A stretch of DNA of 63,738 nucleotides, counting the filler, from Collodictyon triciliatum (lineage: Eukaryota), in NCBI GenBank assembly GCA_043381765.1. It is 6 parts of 6 records of this genome, joined end to end, with 100 filler letters (N's around TTAATTAATTAA, not from the genome) between each part and the next. Parts side by side here need not be neighbours in the genome. Positions count along the whole stretch, not along the records: positions 60,976 to 63,738 come from JBHJMP010000692.1; 5 more parts are not named here. The stretch is one strand, 5' to 3'. This document shows positions 61,349 to 63,738 of the stretch, piece after piece. The notes under the pieces are model-generated. The model ran no database searches. It had not been told where the DNA came from and worked only from the letters and a program-made list of their open reading frames with translations. The first letter of the stretch is position 1, and the number at the start of each line of letters is the position of its first letter. The translations under genes and the position numbers were made by a program.

Positions 61349-61629
61349 GTCTCCAAGGATTCACACAACGTAGCTGAGCGAGCATGTCATCCAGACCCGA
61401 CGAGGAGAGAAAAAAAAAAGAAGCAAAGGACTGCAAGTAAAGGAACGACCCTTCTTATTTAGCTTGTGTAAGTTTACATTGTAATCGCATTGGTGTTTTC
61501 TTCTTCTGTTTGGGTGGGCTTGGTTTGGTTTCAGTCACGAGCCCGAGACAATCAATTGCTGTTGCTCACTTCACAGTGCGTAAGGCAGCAGTAATTGTGT
61601 GGAGTTTTCGCAGCGTTTATTAGGCGTGG

Positions 61630-62270
61630 TTAGGCGGCGTTGGATTTGCACCATTCGTAGGCATTTGTAAACATGCGTGCCCACGGAGAGAGATGGAGGC
61701 TCGGGTCGCTGCCCCAGCTTTCGTTCTTGAAGGACTCTGGCAAGAATCCCCACTGCCACTTTGTTAGCTGGAGAGTCAAATCATCGGTGTGAGTTTCGAG
61801 ATGGAAAGAGAGGACGATATATTGAAAGGACGGGATATTTTGAAATCCTCTTGTGTTTGGATTGATGCGTACCGCGCGCTCGGGATGGGGCATCATAGCA
61901 AGATGTCGCCCGTCGGGTGAGCACAGACCCGCAATCCCGCTTGGCGAGCCATTCGGATTCAGAGGGTATTCGTTTGTAATCTTGTTGTCGTCGTCAACTG
62001 TGTACCCCGCATCGTGTAAGATTTAAGGTTAAAGAAACTACAATCTTTTTTATCTTTTTTTCTTCTCTTTTTTTTTTCTTCTCTTTTTTTTCTTCTCTTT
62101 TTTTTCTTCTCTTTTTTTTCTTCTCTTTTTTTTCTTCTCTTTTTTTTCTTCTCTTTTTTTTCTTCTCTTTNNNNNNNNNNNNNNNNNNNNNNNNNNNNNN
62201 NNNNNNNNNNNNNNNNNNNNNNNNNNNNNNNNNNNNNNNNNNNNNNNNNNNNNNNNNNNNNNNNNNNNNN

Positions 62271-62311
<41 letters not shown>

Positions 62312-63541
62312 CTTTTTTTTTTTTATCTTTTTTTCATTCTTCACTTTTCAATAAATTTTATTAATCTCGTTTGACCCATATTTTCAATCTTGTGCGTAAG
62401 GGGAATGGAGAACATTCGACAGAAAATGATTGTATATAATATTACCGTATCGAACTGGCGCAAGGTTACTGGCCAAGACTTGCTCGTAGATGGAGGAATT
62501 CGGGAAGAGGGCCTGACCCTCGCCGTGCGAAATCCAAACACCCAGGGAGGAGCCCTTTGGTCAAAAGTTCATGACACAACACGGAATAAAAGATGTTGTT
62601 TTTAAAAAGTAAAAAAAAAAAAAGGTCAAATCACATGGCAACACCGTAATACACCTCCTTCATTGATACAATGTTCGCTATCACTTCCAAACAAACCTCC
62701 ATGTCCTTCAGCATGATGGCAGGGCTTGATTGGAGTTGGACGGTGACGAAGCGGGACTACAAAGGGAAGAAGCATTTGCATATATTTGTTTTATAATTGT
62801 GTATATTTCTCCTCTTATTTTTGCATAATTTTTGTCACTATCGCAATCTTCACAGTTTTATGCCGATGATTGGGCGCCTACTTGACATAGAAATAAAAAC
62901 ATCCAGAAAGGGACAAAAAGAAGAAACCTGGTTCAGCAACCAGATGAGATGTATGTTAAAGAATTTCTTACTTCGTATCGTTCCGATTTGTTGTGGACGA
63001 ATCGCGGCTGATGTGAGCCTTCCTTCACGCCTCCAGGAACCCAGCCCAACAGCGCCATTAGTTGGCATCTAATAAGAGAAAAGAGGAAAAGAAAGGAAGG
63101 CCAAGAATTTGAGCGCGTCCAATTTACTCAGCTACGGGTTCATAAACAGGGCCTTTTAAGTGTAAAGATTGGTCATCGCGGTAATCATAAAAGACTTATC
63201 TATGCGCTGCAATGTTTTTTTACATTTTCAATTAAAGTAGTAAAAAAAAAAAATGTAACCGAGTATTTCTGTGAAAGTAAAAATAAGTGAATAAATAAAT
63301 AAATAAAAACATAAAATGAGATATTCATGTCTGTTGAATATACCCATTGCATACACCAAGACTGAATACATCAGGCCTCTTGTAAAAGTTTGCAAACATC
63401 TCTGCAAGCCTCGGGCTCTTGAGGATAGCGGCTGCCCAGCCTTTGGCAGAATCCAGAACATCTCCGTAAGAGAAACCACCAACAAAAGCGATACCACGAA
63501 AGCCGTCCAAAGTAATAGAGCCAGAGAGCAAGTCATTCATA
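61630..63541 (-). CDS. PFAS: Phosphoribosylformylglycinamidine synthase (PurL/Ade6), C-terminal glutaminase exons. 5' incomplete.
   Basis: [91 protein letters not shown]. Confidence 0.95.
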
Positions 63542-63661
63542 CTAGAGAAAAAATTAAATTGAGTGTAATAAACAAGAATTTAGGTTCATAATCTAGCGAT
63601 AGGTCTCTTCTTTTATGAGATATTTTCGGTCAGCGGGGATGTAAAGTAAGATGATAATAGT

Positions 63662-63738
<77 letters not shown>

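Noticed and set aside
54445-63738. Nucleotide-metabolism cluster of PAP phosphatase, cyclase, GalE and PFAS
   Set aside because: These genes lie on three separate pieces joined by linkers, so their adjacency is artificial.

Overview
Fragmentary assembly of an intron-rich, microsatellite-rich eukaryote, probably a centriole-bearing protist. It is not a prokaryote. The window is six unrelated pieces joined by 100-nt N/TTAATTAATTAA linkers at about 9.06, 21.57, 42.81, 54.39 and 60.92 kb, so gene adjacency only means something within a piece. Spliced genes read by hand, by piece: (1) CEP192/Spd-2 and an intronless GC-rich SEL1-repeat gene; (2) an HMG-box protein and an ankyrin/coiled-coil protein; (3) an LRR + Cys-rich + multi-TM receptor, a family-16 methyltransferase, a C2-AGC kinase and a trihelix Myb/SANT factor; (4) an Stf3-like sulfotransferase and an apparent ankyrin-PAP phosphatase-TPR fusion; (5) a membrane adenylyl-cyclase-like pseudoenzyme; (6) the 3' ends of GalE and PFAS. 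Four observations stand out. First, the receptor ectodomain is built from 14 consecutive phase-1 exons of exactly 69 nt, one LRR each. Second, a tripartite ANK-SAL1/HAL2-TPR gene lies directly upstream of a PAP-producing sulfotransferase. Third, the 16-bp non-coding motif TTGAATCGAATAAAGG occurs about 12 times in both orientations. Fourth, the TM-C1-TM-C2 cyclase has lost its catalytic residues. All exon models and family calls come from manual reading and remembered consensus motifs, not from database searches.
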